This document shows, one piece after another, positions 23,840 to 36,744 of a stretch of DNA of 64,000 nucleotides. Position numbers and translations under genes: made by a program. The notes below the pieces were generated by a model that made no database searches, was not told the origin of the DNA, and saw only the letters and a program-made list of their open reading frames with translations. Each line of letters starts with the position of its first letter. The first letter of the stretch is position 1. Source of the DNA: Vicugna vicugna (lineage: Eukaryota); the NCBI GenBank assembly GCA_013265495.1, contig MU058781.1, positions 10,335,009-10,399,008 on the forward strand, written 5' to 3'.

Positions 23840-24720
23840 TCTAAAATTAAGGGAACAAAATTAGAACACTGAGTCCACTTCATACCCAAATTGGTAATGA
23901 TTAAAGTGCTTTACTGTAATAAGTCTTGTAGGAATCTGGCAAGAATGTAATTACTTAAAGAAAACAGCAGGGATAATATTTTGGAGCCATTTGGCATTCT
24001 CTGGGAAAGGTAAAAATATGTCTAGATAACAATCTAGCAATTTCTCCTTTACACAAATATGGGCAAGAAATTCTTGCACATAAATATGAGGAGACAGCTC
24101 TGTATAGGGATAGTAACTGCACTGTTGTTAATAATAAGCACAAAAAAGAAACAAAAGAACTAAAAACAAAACCTAGCAATAGCCTAAATGTACATAAATA
24201 AGTTCTAACAATTTTTTTTTTAAAAAAGGGCTTCAGTTCTACTAGAGATACTATAAAGCAGAAAGTAGGTTTTATGAGTAAACTAGATTCAAGTAGAATC
24301 AAGTTTAGGTCATAATAAGTAGAAAAGATCTTAAAAACAATGTATGAAAAAAGCAGGTTGTAAAAAATTCGAAAGTATAAATTAATTTATTAAAACAAAT
24401 GCTATAGTTTATAAATAATTACACATGTATGTAGTACACGTGTAAAAACATAGTCTGGAGGGAAACATATAAAATTTATGATAGCAGTTGCCTCTATCTA
24501 GAGAGGAGGGGAGATAAAGAAATAGGACCATACAAAAGACTAAGGAACTCCCAACTTCTTTAATATTTTATATTACAAAATCAGTTTCAGAATAAAAGAT
24601 GATAATACGAATATTGTTTTAGAGTGGTGAATAGATGGTTATCTCTTAGAGCATCTTCAGTACTTTTCTGTATTTTATATTCTTTTCTAAATAATTTATT
24701 ATTAAATTAATGTAAATCAA
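23840..24720 (+). mobile_element. Ancient L1ME-class 3' fragment
   Basis: Diverged L1 motifs: TTTGGAGCCATTTGGCA, CTAGCAATTTCTC, TCTTAAAAACAATG..GAAAAAAGCAGGTTG, ATAGCAGTTGCCTCT. Confidence 0.6.
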
Positions 24721-24784
24721 TTAAGTGTCTAATGGTTTCCATCAACACTTTAATGTTTTACTGAGACATCTCAATAATACAATG

Positions 24785-26155
24785 ATATTCTTTCTCAACC
24801 TAATGAAGGGAAGCTACAAAAGTCCCACAGCTAACATCACAGTTAATGGTGAAACACTTTATGATTTCCTTCTAAGATCAGTAACAAGACAAGGACGTCA
24901 CTCTCACTACTTCAATTTAGCCTTGTGCTTTAGGTTCTAGTCAGGGCAATTAGAAAAGAAAAAGAAATAAAAGTATATTAAGACTGGAAAAGAAAAATTC
25001 AGACTATCTCTACGTGCAGATTACATGATCTTACATATTGAAAATCCTAAGAAATCCACTAATAAAGCATTAAAACTAATGTACCAGCTCAGCAAGGTTG
25101 CAGGGTTAGAAGATTAATACACAAAAATCAATTGTATTTCTATACATTTAAAACAAACAACACAGAAATAAAATTAAATAAACAATTCCATTTACATTAG
25201 CAACAAAAATAACAAAATACTTAGGAATAAGTTTAACAAAAGAAGTACAAAATTAGACCCTGAAAAATCATGAGACGTTGTTGAAAGAAATTAAATAAGA
25301 TCCAAACACATGGGAAAACATCCTATGTTCATGAAAACGTAATACTGCTAAAATGGCAAGAATACCCAAAATGGTCTATAGCTTTAGTGCAATTCATAAC
25401 ATAGTTCCCAGCTGGTTTATTTGTAGAAATTGACAAACTAACCCTAAAATCATTTGGAATTGCAAGGGATCCAGTATAGCCAAAACAATCTTGAAAAAGA
25501 ACGAAGTTGTAGGACTCACACTTCCTTATTTCAAAACTTACTACAAAGCAACAGTAAAATCAAGACAGTGCGGTGCTAGCCTAAGTATGGATATATAAAC
25601 CAACAGAACAGAATTGGGATTCCAGAAATAAGCCCATGTGTCTGTGGTCAACTGATTTGCCACAAGGGTATCAAGGCTGTTCAATGCGGAAAGAATAGTC
25701 TTTTTAAGAAAGGTTCTGGCACAACTGGATAGCCACATGTATAAAAATAAAATTGGACCCTTATCTCACACCATAAACAAAAATTAACGGAAAATGGATC
25801 AAATACCCCAAAATGCAAGAGTTAAACTATAAAACTCTTAGAAGAGAACATAAGGATAAATCTTCCTAGCTCAGATTTGGCAATGAATTCTTAGATTTGA
25901 CATTAAAAGCATGAGCAACAGTAGAAAAAATAAGTCGAACAAAATTTAAAACTTCTATGCTTCAAAAGATACTATCAAGAGAATGAAAAAACAACCAACA
26001 GAATGGGAGAAAATATTTACAAATCACATTTCTAGTAAGGAATTTGCATCTAAGATATATAAAGAATTCTTTGATCTCAATAATATAAATATTAACAGCT
26101 CAATGTAAGAAATGGGTGAAGAATCTGATTGAAGAGATATTTCTTCAATGAACAG
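24785..26155 (+). mobile_element. L1M ORF2 fragment (RT region, disrupted by stops and frameshifts)
   Basis: CCCACAGCTAACATCAC (PTANI), CTAAGATCAGTAACAAGACAAGG, TGCAGATTACATGATC (degraded ADDM), CAGCAAGGTTGCAGG, GCCAAAACAATCTTGAAAAAGAAC. Confidence 0.92.
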
Positions 26156-27179
26156 AAATTTGGGAACAAAGAAACAAACCTCGATCACTGTTATCAGGCA
26201 GGCTGGACCGGAACTGCATAAGGAGGGCAGCATGAACCACTGAACATTTCTAAAAGGGCACTGGCTCCTCCATAGAGGGAACGGAGGAAAGGAAGTGGGG
26301 CACTGAGGATGACAGGACATGTACACCAGCCTGATCATTTTGCTAAGGTTCAGCCTTGCTGAATGCTGTGAATGCCATCTTAGCAATAGCACATGATGAT
26401 TTTGCCTTCAGCTGTCCTAAATTGGTGTAAACATTTGGCTGCATCCTAGCCTAACCAAAAGTTACAATAACACTCAAAGATTCAATTAGCTCAACAAATC
26501 ATTGATTGAGCCATAGAGTTCGTTCTACAGGTAGAAACACGCCCACAAAACATCTCTTTGTGATTTAACAGCTGCCCCATCTTTAATCCACAGCTTCATT
26601 CATCACGTGCTCTGCTTGCTACTGTCTAAATTACAGAATCACTTGAGATTGGAAAAACACTGGAAGGAAATGTTGCTTACACATGAAGAACTGAAAGGGC
26701 CACAAGTGAGAATGGGAAACATAGTTTTGAATCAATGATAGGACATTTTATTGTTACTGTTTAATTACAATACAGCCACATTTATATACATAAAACACGA
26801 GACTACCAGCACTGTTTTTCCCTTTCTTGTGTATTCTTTAATGTGTGTCAAATATCACAAACCAATCAAAAAGGAAGCGCAACTTTCTTTTCTTCTCAAA
26901 GTAAACTTACGTTTTGCACTTAGGGAAAGCTGATGTCTTGATGCAGAACACTTTACCACAAACTCATAAACTAAATACTGTAGGTGAAGAAGCTCAAATG
27001 CCCTGGGTGTAGTCTGTCAAGCAAATGAGTTATCCTGTCTTTTGAGTTCATTTTCTTTGACTCTTCTAGTAGAAAGTTACGAAGACATTAGACTAAACAA
27101 TTCAAAATTGCTCTAGTGCTTACTTCTTACCCACTCTGGCAGGGTGCAAAGTTGGAAGATTGAAGTGGCACAAACTATA

Positions 27180-27680
27180 GACTGCCTGATTTGTTCAGAT
27201 AGCAGAAGGTATATAGGGGCCTACATTTTGTCACCTCAGGACTGAATCTTGATTAATCTAACAAAATCCCAATAATTTGTTTCCCTGATTGTCACTGAGT
27301 TATTTAGGGAGAGGAATGTGATGCAGTTCTGGCCAATGATCTGAAGCCCCTTGGCTGGGGGTTTCTAGGAAATTTATTCTTGCTCTTAAAAATAATTTGT
27401 CTTTAAGTCAAGGACAAATTCTCCTCCCTATTTTCTGCCTTTTTGCAGTGATGGCTGGCGCTGCTGCAGCTGAATTATAGCCATGGGATAAATCAGCATG
27501 CTAAGACTAGCTGAGCAGAAAGGTGGAAAGAACTTGAGTTCCCACTATGTGACCTAGCAGTTGAAGTGACCCATCCTTAAATGACCCCAGTTGACTTCAA
27601 TGACTCCTGAAATGATCTGCAGTTCTTTTTATGAGAACTGGTGATAATGGGTTTTCTGTTGACTGTGATTTTTAGATTAT
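27180..27680 (+). mobile_element. Old MaLR LTR (MLT1J/K-like)
   Basis: ATGTGATGCAGTTCTGGCCAATGA, GGGGTTTCTAGGAAA, GCTGCTGCAGC, GCAGAAAGGTGGAAAGAACTTGAGT. Confidence 0.6.
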
Positions 27681-27739
27681 TTGCACTTTAATATTTTTCC
27701 TCATTATATTAAAACAGTCTGGTACAATCTGACACAGTA

Positions 27740-27850
27740 GCAATACTGTGGATTCAGTGGATATAAATAGAATTTAGAAGCCTAAGACCTGAGTTTGAAT
27801 TCTTACTGTAAGTTTCTAACCTGGAGAACTTAATTGCATTCATTTGTTTA
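27740..27850 (+). mobile_element. MIR fragment
   Basis: AAGACCTGAGTTTGAATTC...ACCTGGAGAACTTAATT. Confidence 0.45.
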
Positions 27851-29072
27851 CTCTGTCAATAGTAAGTCAGGCCACAGACACACACTGGCTCCATATTGGG
27901 CCTGCAGTTCTATGGTCCTCCAGGGTGATGAGAACAGCACACAAGGCAATGAAGGAAGCAGAGCTGTGAAGAGTGTGAGTACGTGTGCATCACCCAGCCT
28001 AAGATCCCTGATTTCTGGGTTCTTTTCCAAGTAGTGATGCTGAACAGTACAACCAAGTTCATTTTTCAAGAGGGATTCCCAGCATTCAGTGGGAGAAGTA
28101 AGACCCAATCATGTCTGGAATATCCTTCAAACTTACAGGCTCAAGTTAGGCTTCTTGTACATCACATTTTTTTTCCAGTTGTGTGCTGGAGCCAGCCATA
28201 CAGACAAGGGAGAACCAACTGTATTCTTTTTTTTGTTGTTCACTTTTTCTTAAGCAAGCCAGTCACACTCCATTCAATAACATCATTAGTTGTCTGCAAC
28301 AAAACGCCTCTCAAATACTTCTCAGATTGTCTCATAAGTTAGAGGGAGCTAGACTTTTTGGAATCCACATTTGATTTGCTGTTATTTTATGGTCTTTGGT
28401 TGTTGTTATTGTTGTTGCTATTTTAATGGGGATTTTATAACCAGGACAGCCAAGAGTGGAATATGTGCAGTTAACTTTGCTCAGATTCCTTCTGTGTTCC
28501 TGTCTTTACTTATTTTTGTGGCTAAAGGAATACAAGAAATTCCAGTTTTATTATTTTTTCTGTCTCAAGTTTGTCTCTTTATTGCTCATAAAACCTCACT
28601 CTATCTCAATGACTGACTGATTTGCACATACTCTCCTTTGCTAATATAACTATTTCTACTATTTGTATTTTAAATCCATTCTCTCCTTTTACACAATAGC
28701 ATTCTCAATAATGGGGTTGATCATAATAAAGATTGTAAAAAAAAAATCTAGCTTGTCATGACAGTTCAAGGAGATGCGCATCTAAGGGTGTTTTAGTAAC
28801 CATAAATTATTTTTTAGTTATCAATAGTTTAAAATTAGCAGCTAAGTAGAACTACTGAGAAGTCCTTAAAAATAGGGCATTCATGTCTAATGGCATCAAG
28901 TTTTAATAGAATAAGTTTCTGAATGCCTTGTTTTATTTCATAAACATGTCATACTCTTCTAAGTTAAAATATACATAGGAATGAAAAAATTATTTTTCAA
29001 ATTCTAGAAATATACCTAGCAGAGTGCTAATTATTTTAGGGTGTCTTTAACATCATGCAATTAAAATATATT

Positions 29073-29640
29073 CAATCCACTCCTCGGTATCCAAAAGAAA
29101 TGAAAACAGGGACTCTGATATTTGTATGCCAATGTTCATGGCAGCATTATTCACAAAAGAAAAAAGGTGGAAACAATCCAAGTATCCATCAACAGATGAA
29201 TGGATTAACAACATGTGGTATATAGATACAGTAGAATATTATTTGGCCATAAAAGGAATGAAGTTCTGAATCATGCTGTTAACACAGATGAACTTTAAAA
29301 TATTATGCTAAGTTAAAAAAAAAAAACCCAGACACAAAAAAACAAATAGTTAATTTTGTTTGGATGGTTCTACTTATGCAAAGTACCTAGGGGAAAAAAA
29401 GGCAAATTAATAGAAACAGAAAGAAGTTACCAGGGACAGGGGTTTGGAGAGGATGAGGAATTATTGCATGACAGGTGAAGAATTTCTCTCTGTGGTGATG
29501 AAAAATTTTGGAACTAGGCAGTGGCAATGGTTGTATAACACTAGGAATGTAATTAGCACCACTGAATTGTACAGCTATAAATGGTTAATAGGGCAAATTT
29601 TACTATATATAACCTACGTCACTACAAAAACAATAAAATG
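29073..29640 (+). mobile_element. L1MB-class 3' end
   Basis: CCAATGTTCATGGCAGCATTATTCACA, GGTGGAAACAATCCAAGTATCCATCAACAGATGAATGG, CACTGAATTGTAC...AAATGGTTAA...CAATAAAA. Confidence 0.9.
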
Positions 29641-31019
29641 GGTAGATGTATGTATTGGAAAACATCTAATTGTATTTAAGATTTTGCTTGTGAGGTGGTT
29701 TTTGTTAGCCTAGTGAGTCACAGGCACGTAAAATGCACAGTTCATCTGAAAGTGAGATACAAACTGCTGCAACCCACAGTCTACTCACTCTCTCACCTCT
29801 TCTGCTTTGGTTAAAAACAGATCTGTCTGCATTTTTCCTATTGGAGGTTGGGACCCTTTACAGCAGTGAGCTTCAACTCCAAGTTTAATTTTCTTGCTTC
29901 TAATCTCAACGCCCCCCGCCCCAAAAAACTGTAGAATTTAGCTCTACAACAAAATTATTTTAAAGTATTAGTTTATTCTACCTACCCATTATAAGGATGA
30001 GATAAGCAAGATGCAAAAAAGGACAAACAGGCCACATGGCTGGACCAGAGGGATGCCCAGCCCTATACACAAGTATGTACTAATGACTATCCATGTAATG
30101 AGGCTCCAAAAATTTCTCTTCTGTCACTGAAGAGCACACTTTCTCAACTGATCTTTTTCTCTACTTGAGTTCTTCTATGCTGGAGCAGTTTATTCAGGCA
30201 CTGATTCTCCCCACCTGCAAACATTAGCCTGATGTTTAGTCATGATTACATTGTCTCTCAGTCTGAACCTAATAACCAATCCTTACACCACATCCGACCC
30301 TCACTCAGAAGTAAAGTTGGCTTTGCCAAAATTCTGAAAATAAACTTCATGATTATCTTAATGAGAAACACAAGGATTTCCATCTTGGATTTTGGGGGAG
30401 GAGACTGGTAGGGTGTCCATAGTGAGAGTAATACAACAGGGGTCCTGAGAAATCTTGATTCATAAGGAATGAGGGGGCAGCATGGCTAGAGCTTCACCAT
30501 GAACAATTTTATTTTCTACAAGGGTTTCCACTTCTGGAGTGAGGACAAGGAGAGTGGTTTAGAAGACTATTAGAAGTGGACTATGAGATTACCAGGACGA
30601 ACTCAACCCCTGTGGCTATTAAGATTCTGCATGCCCCAGAAACCATACAAGCTTGACTTCAGAAAGACCTCACAACATGGAAACATTATGTCACTGGCAA
30701 TGATGACATTGTCTACACTGAAAGGTGACATCAACAAGTAGTATCATCGGCATATAGCTCATATGACATGGATGCTTCCAGTATCTGTAGGGTGCCAGAA
30801 CAAAGGGAAAAATTAGGTAGGAGTGGTCAGAAAAACCCCACTGAGGTCAAGAGGGAAGAAGTGGGTGGAAACATTGAGATATTCTTTAATGGATAACTTC
30901 TATGAAACGTAAGGTTACTTTATCTTGTTGGAAATTCTTTCAAGGTGATGAGGATAGGGAATACTTGATGTTCACTTGAGTCTAAGGATGGTTTTCTGGA
31001 TTAGAGTTTATTTACTTTT

Positions 31020-31370
31020 GTTATCTAGAAAGTAAATGCTCTAAGAAATGTGCTGTGCACTGAGAATACTAAAAAGAGTAGGAAATTTGTTCATCTCTAA
31101 GGACAAGTGGGGAATCAGACCACTGAACAAGCAATAGCTATAACTATGCAGTGTGGTAATGCAATAGGAATGTTTTGGGCATATGATAATTTAATCTAGT
31201 TAACCATCTATTGTAGTTTAGGGAAAAGACTAAAAGAGATTCTTTGGGAAAGTAGGTAAGGTTTAGACTGATAAACACAAGAAAACTTTGAATTAGTCAA
31301 AGGAGATGAAAGTAGAATTGGGAGAGGGAGACTTGGGAGAGATTCACGGGCAGAAAAATTCACAGTTTTA
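31020..31370 (-). mobile_element. L2 fragment, degraded
   Basis: TGTGCTGTGCACTGAGAATAC..., GAATTAGTCAAAGGAG purine-rich antisense L2 pattern. Confidence 0.4.
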
Positions 31371-31859
31371 CTTTTATGAAGTCAATCTAAGCAAGTATTT
31401 GGTAAGGATATAATTGATCTAATTTTCCACAATATCTTATTATAAGGGTTAACGGATAAATAACCAAAAAATCTCTGAAGAGAAGTCTGTTTTTCAGAAT
31501 TTTCAAAAAAATTTCTGTTCTTCTAAAGAGAAAAATCCCTGGCCAGTGCTGGCTTCTAGTGAATAATTCCACTGCAAAAGTGATTGTTCATTCTCTGTAC
31601 TGGAGTGTGTGTTGGGAGGGGTGGGCAGGGGGAGAGAAGGGAAGAGAGAGAGGACCTAACGTTGAATGCTGATGTGATCAGAGAAGAAAGGTTATGTACT
31701 ATTGGCAGGCCATGGAGGCATCATTTCTTCCTCACAACAGGAGAGTATGGCATTCCCTGCCACTTATTTGGGCCAATTTTAGGCAGGAGAGAATGAAGAA
31801 TAATCCCTGACATCACGGAGCTTACAGACTGGGATGAAATACGAATTTTAAATGAGTGA

Positions 31860-32456
31860 CTGCAAATTTCAATCAAGGGAGAAGAACCTTTATATACACA
31901 TAAAGGCATACGTACTTGTGTGTGTATGTGCCTGTACGTATTTATGCATACATAGATAAATAGGTATTTCTCACAGGGACGTGAATTTACCTAACTGTGG
32001 GAGCAGACTTAAGCAACTTCCGTAAGGCTGATGCTGGAGCTTGAGGTCTGCAGGGCAGGCCGCTGAGAAGGGAATATGGATGTAAAGTGGGAGAGAACTA
32101 GCTGGAAGGATGAGTCAGAGCCAAGAGGACAGACTGCGATCCACGTCACTTTCTGGTTGCCTCTGACATCGGTGGTACAGGGGTCCTGCAGAATCCAGGG
32201 CTCCTGTACACACACCTGACCTGGAAGTTGAAGTGGAAGAGGGTGCTGGGGAAGCTGGATCCTGGTACAGAATGGCTGCTCCCTCACCAGCAACAACGCA
32301 CGTGAGCAACAAAATAGCTGAACTTCACTTCTGCAGCCCCAGTCTCCTGTAAGAACCTCTTTTGCGCCTCACTCTAATCGGAAACTTTTAAGAGAAAGAA
32401 TCCAAGGATACAAAGCTTAGCACAGTTCAATTAAAAACACATTACAAAGCCACACA
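31860..32456 (-). mobile_element. ERVL solo LTR (MLT2F-like)
   Basis: AACTGTGGGAGC, GCTGATGCTGGAGCTTGAGGTCTGCAGGGCAGGC, ends ACACATTACAAAGCCACA as in reversed MLT2 starts. Confidence 0.7.
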
Positions 32457-32469
32457 GTAATGTTAAAAA

Positions 32470-32670
32470 GCAGGTTCATGGTCACCGCAGGTGGGAGAAG
32501 ATGGTAAAAGGGACGGAACCCAAGGAAGCTTCTGGGATGCTGGTCTGTCCCGTTTAAAAAAAAATCTGGATGCTGATTACACACGTGTGTTCATTTTGTG
32601 AACATTCTTTGAGGGGGTGCCCTGGCATTTTCTCTGTGTAGGTGGTACTTTGACAAAAAGTACACAAAAG
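32470..32670 (+). mobile_element. L1ME 3' end fragment
   Basis: GCTTCTGGGATGCTGG...ATCTGGATGCTGATTACACACGTGTGTTCATTTTGTGAACATTC. Confidence 0.7.
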
Positions 32671-32959
32671 ACAAAAAGTCCCAACAATCACAAATGCAAT
32701 GAGCGTTATGCATGAGTAAGGACAGATACTATGAGGGCCACTAAATAAACAGGGCTGACCTAATTAGGGGCTCAGGGAACACTACTCTATCTGGTTAACC
32801 TGAAAGATGAGACTGACGCTTGAGTCAGCTGTTCAGATGAAGGTGGTAGAGAGTTACTCTGATGAAGAGGGGAAGTGCACCATGAGCCCAGCTGAGCTGA
32901 GAACAGTGGGAGAGGAGAGAGAAATGAGGCTTGAAGCAGATGCAGAGACCAAATAATGA

Positions 32960-33292
32960 TGTCTCAGTCAGCTAGGGCTGCCATACAAAGTATCATGGCT
33001 GAGTGGCTTAAACAGAAATTTATTTTCTCATAGTTCTTGAAACTAGAAGTCTGAGATCAGGATGCTAGCACGGTCAGATTCTAGTGTGAGCCCTCCTCCT
33101 GGCTTGCAGGTGGCCGCTTCCTCACTGTGTGCTCATGTGGACTTTGCTTTGCGCCTATTAGACTGTGATCCTACCCTTAAGATCTCAGTTTAGGGTAATT
33201 TCCTCCTCAAAGCCCTATCTCCAAACACAGTTACACTGCGGGGTAGGGCTTCAACATATGAATTCTGGGAGCAGACAATTCAGTCCCTAGCA
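32960..33292 (-). mobile_element. MaLR solo LTR (MLT1A/B-like)
   Basis: TGTCTCAGTCAGCTAGGGCTGCCAT...GGCTTAAACAGAAATTTATTTTCTCA...TTCAACATATGAATT...AATTCAGTCCCTAGCA; near-TSD AATGA/AATGG. Confidence 0.9.
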
Positions 33293-33544
33293 AATGGAGA
33301 ACTCTGTGTGCCACGTGAAATATTTTTTACTCTGTCTTTATGTCCAAGAAGAATGTGCTTAAGGCTTTTAGGTGTGGTAGTGATCTCTTGAGGTTTTGAA
33401 AGACCACTGTTTGCAGCCTGGAGAGGGTGAAAGAGTCAAGGCCAGGAGACCTATCAGGAGGAAGTCGAAGTGTTTCAGGACAGAGGGAGGGAAACGTTGC
33501 TTAAATTAGATGGATCAGCTAGCACTGTGAGGTGGCTACAAACA

Positions 33545-34190
33545 ACACAGAAAAACTTGGATATGAATTCAGGCTCTACGCTTAACTAGCTGATGTTTTG
33601 GGGCAATTACTGTCTAATGTATGTATCAAGTTTTTCATCTGTAAAATTAAGATCATACTAGTGTACTCCATAAGATGTCACAGGTTAGGCTCCTTGGGAA
33701 ACAGAAGCTCGAAGGGAACCGTGTGCGGAAGTTTCTTGGAGAGTGTTGTTCTGAGGAAGGTGTGGGTAGAAGAAGCACGACTGGACGGGGGACAGGTTTA
33801 AGAGTGATACAGTCACAACAAAGGCCTCAGCCAATTTTAATGGGAGTGCTGGAGCAGACCGGTTCCCCTCCCACGGGAATCCTTTCAAATTAGGACATCA
33901 GGGTTTGCATTTGAACTTGTGCAGCCACCAAACACTGGAAAGGACTGTGACATGGGGTCATCCCTTCCCACAAAGGCAAGTCCTCAAGATGGTCTTAACT
34001 GAGAAGTGTAGGCTGCCAACACTACAAATAGCTGGGGGAATGAGTACTTCAATCACGGAAGCGGCTCTGTATGGCATGGCTCAATGCAGCCTCCCTGCAG
34101 AGCTTCGGTGAGAAGTAAATGAGCTAAAGCCTGAATGCTTTAGCACAGTGCATACGGATCACATTAGTTTTGTTTAAAAAATAATGATGA
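33545..34190 (+). mobile_element. MIR split by LTR16 (pieces about 33545-33675 and 34097-34190)
   Basis: TTAACTAGCTG..TTGGGGCAATTAC..TTTTTCATCTGTAAAAT before the LTR; GTGAGAAGTAAATGAGCTAA..GCTTTAGCACAGTGC after it. Confidence 0.75.
33676..34095 (-). mobile_element. ERVL solo LTR (LTR16A-like)
   Basis: TGTCACAGGTTAGGCTCC, CAACAAAGGCCTCAGCC, GCCAACACT..AGCTGGGGGAATGAG. Confidence 0.8.
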
Positions 34191-34227
34191 TGTCTATGAA
34201 ATGATACGCATACACTTCCAGTACATA

Positions 34228-34443
34228 TAGCTGGCCCTTGAACAACATGGATTTGAACTAGGCAGGTGCACTTATACACTGAGTTTTTTTCAATGTTCAG
34301 TACAGGACTACAGGATCTGTGGTTGACTGAATCCGCAGAAGCAGAACCATGGATATGGAGGATGGACTGTAAAGTTACACATGAATCTTTGACTGGGCGG
34401 AGGTTCGGTGCCCCTAACCCCTGCACTGCTTAAGGGTCAGCTG
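34228..34443. mobile_element. Tigger2-derived MITE (MER8/Tigger2a-like, TcMar)
   Basis: Terminal inverted repeats TAGCTGGCCCTTGAACAAC ... CTTAAGGGTCAGCTG; TA on the left flank; interior TGAATCCGCAGAAGCAGAACC, GCCCCTAACCCC. Confidence 0.88.
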
Positions 34444-34475
34444 CATTCTTAAGTGATAAAAACAAAGGGCACAAG

Positions 34476-34862
34476 GCACTTCCATGCTGTTCTCCAGAAC
34501 AGCTGCACCAAATAACATTCCCACCAGCGGTGTAGGAGCGTTCCCTTTTCTCCACACCCTCTCCAGCATTTATTGTTTGTGGACTTTTTAATGAAGGCCA
34601 TTCTGACTGGTATTAAGAGTTTGGGATTGGCAGATACAAACTACTATATATAAAATAGGTGAACAACAAGGTCCTACTGTACAGCACAGGGAATTACATT
34701 AATATCTTATTACTATAAGCTATGCTTATACCATAATAACCTATAATGGAAGATCTTGCAATAACCTATAATAAAAAAGAATATATGTATCACTGAATCA
34801 CTATGTTGTACACCAAAAACTAACACAATATATAAATCAACTATACTTCAATTTAAAAAAAA
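34476..34862 (+). mobile_element. Short artiodactyl-type L1 with inverted 5' segment
   Basis: 34476-34611 is antisense L1 ORF2 (CATTCCCACCAGCGGTGTAGGAGCGTTCCCTTTTCTCCACACCCTCTCCAGCA...GCCATTCTGACTGGT); 34612-34862 is sense 3' UTR ending ATCAACTATACTTCAATTTAAAAAAAA. Confidence 0.88.
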
Positions 34863-35349
34863 CCTTAAGAGTACAACAGTACATATTATGCAATATGCTT
34901 ACATGTTTTGTGGAAGAAAAAGAAAGGATGGACTTGGTAGTATTTGGAAAAGGAAACTAAAGAAGAACAGAAAGAACTAATGAAAGTAATTATTTATAGG
35001 GAATGTGTGTGTTGGGAGGGAGATATAAGGTGCAGTTTCTCACTCCCACAAGGAGTTATATTTGGATGGATAAATGCAATGTGGAAAAGGCTCAGGAGTG
35101 GAAGCAAGACTTCTATGTAAATTTTTTCTATATAGTTTTGAACTTTGAGTAATAAAAATACATAATCTATTTTTTAAATCACTGAAAATTATTTTAAAAA
35201 TGCAAAATATAAAGTAAAATAAAATGACCAAAACTTACATTAAAATGGTAACGTAAATACATAGAAGAATTATTCATACCAAATACCATTAAGAAAAATT
35301 TATTTTATCTAAACAGGAAATTAAAATGTTAAATTTATTTCATCTAATC

Positions 35350-36125
35350 AGGAAAAGGGACCCTTGTGTACTGTTGATGGGAATGTAAATTGGTACAGCC
35401 ACTATAGAAAACAGTATAGAATTTCCTCAAAATATTAAAAATACAACTGCCATATAATCTAGCAATTCCACTCCTGGGTGTATATACAGCCAAAGGAAAT
35501 AAAACCACTAACCTGGGGAGATAACTACACTTACATGTTCCTGGCAATATATGCACACCTGCCAAGGTACTGAAACAAATTAAGTGTCCATGGATGGAGA
35601 AATGGATAAAGAAAATGTAGTATAAATATGTATATACATATACACAAAAGCATATTAACCAGCCATAAAAAAAGAAGAAACTATGCCTCTTGGGATGACA
35701 TGGATGGACCTTGAGGGAAACATGTTAAGCGTCAGGTAGAGAAAGACAAATACTTACATATGGAATCTGAAAAAGCTGAACTGAAGCAAGGTAGCACAGT
35801 GGAAGCTGGGAGGTGGGGGAAGTGAATAGATTCTTGTCAAAAGCATATAAACTTCCAGTTATAAGAGAAGTAATTTCCAGGAATATAATGTATAGCATGG
35901 TGACAACAGTTAACAATACTGTGTTGTATACTTGAAAGTTGTTATGAGAGTAGATTTTAAACATTCTCACCATAACAACAAAATGGTAACTATGTGAGGG
36001 GAAGGATGTTGTAACTAACCTTATAGTGCCAAACATTCCCTGTATATACCTGTATCAAGTCATTGCATTGTGCACCTTAAGCTGACACAACGTTACATGC
36101 CGTTCATATCTCAACAAAGCTGGAG
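35350..36125 (+). mobile_element. L1MA-class 3' end
   Basis: GGGAATGTAAATTGGTACAGCCACTAT, TAGCAATTCCACTCCTGGGT, ATACTTGAAAGTTG..GAGAGTAGATTTTAAA, TATCTCAACAAAGCTGG. Confidence 0.92.
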
Positions 36126-36419
36126 ATTATAAACAGAGGGAGAAATTCTCTTGGACATCCAATTCTATGGCTTCTCCTGCTCTCATTATCACAATGCTTT
36201 ATTCAGCTCTTACAGTTACCACCACCCACACATCTTAACCACCGCTTTCCCAGACACTGTTCCCGTCCTAAAAATAGCTGCCCGGGCGCTTGAAGGTGCT
36301 CTCTGTCCCCTGACCTTTTTCTCATCTTCCTAGATGGGACAGCACCCCCACTCCCTCTCACTGGTTTTCTTATGAGCAAATTTGTAGAGAATTCATGATG
36401 GAAAAATTCTCTATTACGA

Positions 36420-36640
36420 AAGTTATTATTTGTATTAAATACTTACTACAGACCAAGCATGCTTCATTTTCTAGTTAGAACAAGTATTTGCTGTTATTAA
36501 TATCATTTTTAAATGAGGAAATCAAGGCTCAGGAAGGTTACAATCTTTCATAATATAACAAAGTTCTAAAGCAGTAAAATCAGGAATTGAGCTTGTCTCT
36601 TTTATTTCAACTTAACTATATTAATCGTTAGGCTCACTGC
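36420..36640 (-). mobile_element. MIR
   Basis: CATTTTTAAATGAGGAAATCAAGGCTCAGGAAGGTTA core. Confidence 0.65.
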
Positions 36641-36744
36641 TTAGTCCCAACCACCACTATCCCTCAACCCACAAGTGGCTACCAAAAAAATCAGCTAGGC
36701 AGTTGACTCTACCAAGTTTCTTCTTAACTTCTAAGATGAGTCTA

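Larger units (their letters stand above)
34195..35330 (+). mobile_element. Ancient L1ME 3' fragment hosting two younger insertions
   Basis: TTCCAGTACATA | TTCTTAAGTGATAAAAACAAAGGGCACAA | CAGTACATATTATGC reads as continuous L1ME 3' sequence once the inserts are removed; later GGAAGCAAGACTTCT..TATAGTTTTGA. Confidence 0.6.

Noticed and set aside
24785..26155. Reverse transcriptase as a functional or domesticated gene
   Set aside because: Multiple stops and frameshifts and a degraded catalytic motif; an ordinary dead L1
27919..28019. C/D-box snoRNA-like layout (GTGATGA ... CTGA with a short CCAG/CTGG stem)
   Set aside because: The terminal stem is offset, no rRNA or snRNA-complementary guide is recognisable, and such box pairs occur by chance
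30510..30800. Possible exon or endogenous viral fragment in unique sequence
   Set aside because: The plus frames I translated are interrupted by stops and the peptides resemble nothing I recognise
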